This document shows positions 60,201 to 64,000 of a stretch of DNA of 64,000 nt, one piece after another. The stretch lies in the NCBI RefSeq assembly GCF_009914755.1, contig NC_060931.1, one strand, 5' to 3'. The notes beneath the pieces are model-generated. The model ran no database searches. It had not been told where the DNA came from and was given only the letters and a program-made list of their open reading frames with translations. The position numbers and the translations under genes are program-made. This stretch comes from the human T2T-CHM13v2.0 reference genome, Homo sapiens. Within the stretch, counting starts at the first letter, position 1. Each line of letters opens with the position of its first letter.

Positions 60201-60619
60201 TGAAAAAAAACTCCCACAGCTAGCTCGGTGTCTGCGCAAATGGCCACCCAGTTTTGTGCTTGAAACCCAGGGCCCTGGTGGCATAGGCACCCAAGGGAAT
60301 CTCCTGGTCTGCAGGTTGCAAAGACTGTGGGAAAAGTATAGTATCTGGGCCAGAGTGTACCATTCCTCATGGCACAGTCCCTCACGGCTTCCCTTGGCTA
60401 GGGTAGGGAGTTCCCTGACCTCTTGCACTTCCCCGGTGAGATGATGCTCCACCCTGCTTCTGCTCACCCTCCTTGGGCTGCATCCACTGTCTAACCAGTC
60501 CCAATGAGATAAGCTGGGTACTTCAGTTGGAAATGCAGTAATCACCTGCCTTCTGCATTGGTCTCACTGGGAGCTGCAGACCGGAGCTGTTCCTATTTGG
60601 CCATCTTGCCTGGGAATCC
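54258..60619 (-). mobile_element. Full-length, inactivated L1PA7-like LINE-1
   Basis: 5' UTR with YY1 site (ggccatcttg at 60599-60608). Fragmented ORF1 and ORF2 peptides (MTGSNS..., [18 protein letters not shown]) and a 3' UTR. TSD tacta(t/c)ataactttt at 54243-54257 and 60620-60634. Confidence 0.95.
54435..54549 (-). mobile_element. AluY-like left-arm fragment inside the L1 3' UTR
   Basis: CpG-rich Alu 5' part (ggggtttcactgtgttagcc...ggcgcctggc). Confidence 0.9.
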
Positions 60620-61924
60620 TACTACATAACTTTTATACATGTCTGAGAAAAAAAAAACTAAAAGTGGAGACAAGTATAACAACTGTTTAGATAAGTCTTA
60701 CTTAATAATATTTCAAAGGAAATAAAATTATAACTCCTCTCAGGAACCTTCTAGTTATGATCTATAACACAGCAGTCATTTTATCTTATTGTTTATATTA
60801 GACGGTATGGTATAAATTTCATCCAACAAAAGCAAAGCAAGTATTGTTCCTGTGAGATAAGTGTTACAACTTGTTAATATGCCACCTTTCCCTAGGTGTA
60901 GCTAGTGATAATAAAGGTTTTAGATGATAATCAGTCTAGGACTCAAACCTAAAGGTACACTCGCCTATTGTAATCAAAGAGCCTGGTTTCTAAAACTTTT
61001 CTTCCAGACTTGACAACAAAAACAAATTTGAACTGTTGTCCAAATTTAGCCTTGGTTTAAAGGGAAGAGAAGTCAACAAGTTGAATCCAATAAGACCTAT
61101 CTACTGTACATCTAATGATACGTAGGGGATGTAACTGATATTCACAAAGTTATAGTGAACTTGTGATACCAGTGGATAGGCACAAAATCTAGGCCGGAGT
61201 CAGCTGCATATGTATATTTTATATAGTATGTTATAGGAATATGCATGCTTGTGTAATAAGTAGAAGAGTATATACTTACATAATTTAATAAAATATTCAT
61301 ATTTATATAGCTGTCTTTATGTCTGCAATTTAATATTTACTTTCTTTACCTATAAAACAGGAATTTACAAGCTGTTGGTTAATAAATGTATGAACCTGAC
61401 AAAAGTACCACTGATTTAGTAGATTTTGAAAACAATAACTATTGTGTATAAAGCAAAAATCAATATTTTTATAGAAAATAAAATGGTCAAAGTAAAAGCT
61501 GATGCACTTTTATGCAGGTTATTCTTTGAATATGTAGCTAAAAGATGATACCAGAAAACCAGCCAAGAGAAAGTTATACTGAATAACAAACGGGTTTGGA
61601 CATAGGCAGGTATGGGCACAAACTATCTGAGGGCAGGACCACTAAAGTTTTATTCATCTTCCTATTCCTATCGCCTGGAAGATCATTATTTAATAAATGC
61701 ATGTTAAATAAATAATGGTTATTAAATACAGACATGTACTATGGGGATTATACTTTATACCAAAAGATTAATTTTAATTTTTATGCCAAATTGTAATAAC
61801 TATGGTGAGCTATAAAGGCAAATTTTTCCCTCAGAAGGAAATAAAACTTTCATTTAAGTCAATAAACACTATATAAATATCAGAAAAACCAAAGCATATT
61901 GAATTTTTTGGTGTGCAGCACTTT

Positions 61925-62374
61925 GTTTTTTCACCTTTTATTTTAGGTTCGGGGGTACATGTGTAGGTTTGTTACAAGGGTAAGTTGTGTGTCACTGGGG
62001 TTTGGTGTACAAATGATTTCCTCACCCACGTAGTGAGCATAGTACCCAATAGGTAGTTTTTTGACCCTCATCCTCCTCCTACTATCCCCAGTCAAGTAGG
62101 CCCCACTGTCTCCTGTTCTCATCTCTGTGTTCATGTGTACTCAATGTTTAGCTCCCACTTACAAGTGAGAACATAGGGTATGTGGTTTTCTGTTCCTGTG
62201 TTAATTTGCTTAGGATAATGGCCTCCAGCTGCATCCAAGTTGCTGCAAAGGACATGATATCATTTTTTATGGCTGCATAGTATTCTGATATATACGTACC
62301 ACCTTTTCTTTATCCAGTCCACTGTTGAGGGGCATCTAGATTAATTCAATGTAGTTGCTATTGTGAATAGTGCT
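61925..62374 (-). mobile_element. Old L1PA (PA15/16-like) 3' end
   Basis: L1 3' UTR; TSD tgcagcacttt at 61914-61924 and 62379-62389. Confidence 0.85.
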
Positions 62375-63728
62375 TGTATGCAGCACTTTACAAAGCATTT
62401 GGCAAACATTCAAATGGTCACAAAAAATTCCAAGTGAAACTCAATCCACGTGTGTGTTTGTTTTGTGGGAACCAAGTATTTTTATGGCCTGTAACTTTAA
62501 TTGGTGGAAGTTATAAAATATCACTTTAGAGTTATACATGTTCATTCTGCTGTTCATAGAATCTGGAATATTTAATTAATAAACTTTTAGCACTAATGGG
62601 AAATTTTACATTCTTACAATAAGGCTGAGTCCAGTGAGATCGCTAACTCTGTTATACCTGCCTTTATGTAGTTTTATTAGATAAATCCAGTGATGGTCTT
62701 GAAGATCCAGTCTGTTATCTATAAAATACATTCCCACATAAGATGAAGATGATATTTTCCAGAAATACACTCTGCATGGTTTGGCACTGAAACTCATTTT
62801 AAACTCCCTGAAACAAATGAGCTAATTCAGGCATGTAATTATGTAGGTCTACAACTAGCAGCCACACAACATTACTGCATGCACCCTTACTGTGGCTGTT
62901 ACTTACAGATTGGCTGAGGATATCAGAAGACTAGAATGAGATGCCATTTTACATTTTTCTCTTCCTATCTCTCCATTGAGGATATAAAGGTGAAAACCTT
63001 CTTTTTTCCCATTGCTGGTTATCGGAATTGAGATTTATTGCCCTTCTGAGGATGAAGGCAAGATAATTTGTATTAAGTTAGCATTTGCCTTAGGTATTTC
63101 TTGGTATGTTACAGGCTTTTCTCAGTTACATTCATTCTGCATCTTCCAGCTAATACATTTCCAAAGGAACATCAACAAATGCCAGTTTAATAAAGCGATT
63201 CTACAACTGGATAGCAGGATAAAGTGCTAGGCACCTTCCCACAATTTCTCCCTTTTTCTTCTCCAACTAAACCTCCTAACTTCAATTTCTGATAACTTTA
63301 TTTCAGAATAATATGTATTTTCACACGGTCTCCATCTCACATCCACAAGGCATGAGTCATTATTCAATGAACAATAAACATTTATAATGAACCACATATA
63401 TGTCAAGAATCCCTAGGGAGGCACAAAAACAAAGACAATACAGGTTTTGCAGTTATCTCACATCTCAGTTTATATCTTGTACTGAAAAGCAGCAAGATAT
63501 GACAAAACAATAACCATAAATATTATAGAAGCTTAACACATAAACAGAATCAAATTGCAACTAAAACATCAATACCTGGGGTAAGGCTACTGTAAGGTAT
63601 GACAATAAGGTATGAAAGCCCAGTGCTGTGGGGAGAGGCAGGGTTGAAGAATTATCACTTGGTACATGTCTCCTCTTTCTCCTACACTCCAACTTTTTTA
63701 CAGGTAAAATCAGATTTTAAAAGCCTAT

Positions 63729-64000
<272 letters not shown>

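Noticed and set aside
54258-60619. Active LINE-1 or functional reverse transcriptase
   Set aside because: ORF1 and ORF2 are split into many fragments by stops and frameshifts, and the 3' UTR is partly deleted.

Overview
Primate (most likely human) genomic DNA lying entirely inside the SKAP2 gene (Src kinase-associated phosphoprotein 2), transcribed on the minus strand. Five coding exons can be reconstructed with canonical GT-AG boundaries and a continuous frame: 29617-29694, 28525-28608, 16613-16737, 15654-15717 and 15159-15296. I recall them as exons 5-9. They encode the whole PH domain and the tyrosine-containing acidic linker, and two of them are absent from the ORF track. The rest is intron, dense in Alus, L1/L2/MIR, LTRs (THE1, MST/MLT1, MER41B) and DNA transposon relics (Tigger, MER20, MER44), including a full-length but inactivated L1PA7-like element. 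I see no evidence for a new protein-coding system; the other ORFs are repeat-derived or chance. The best leads are regulatory or RNA-level hypotheses: a MER41B LTR with an intact GAS site and an ETS-IRF composite motif, a 489-nt exon block that would form a stop-free in-frame circle, repeat-free homeodomain-motif clusters (possible long-range HOXA enhancers), UG tracts next to splice sites, an L1 ORF0-like frame, and several rearranged retrotransposon junctions. Gene and repeat subfamily names come from recognition and memory, not database searches.
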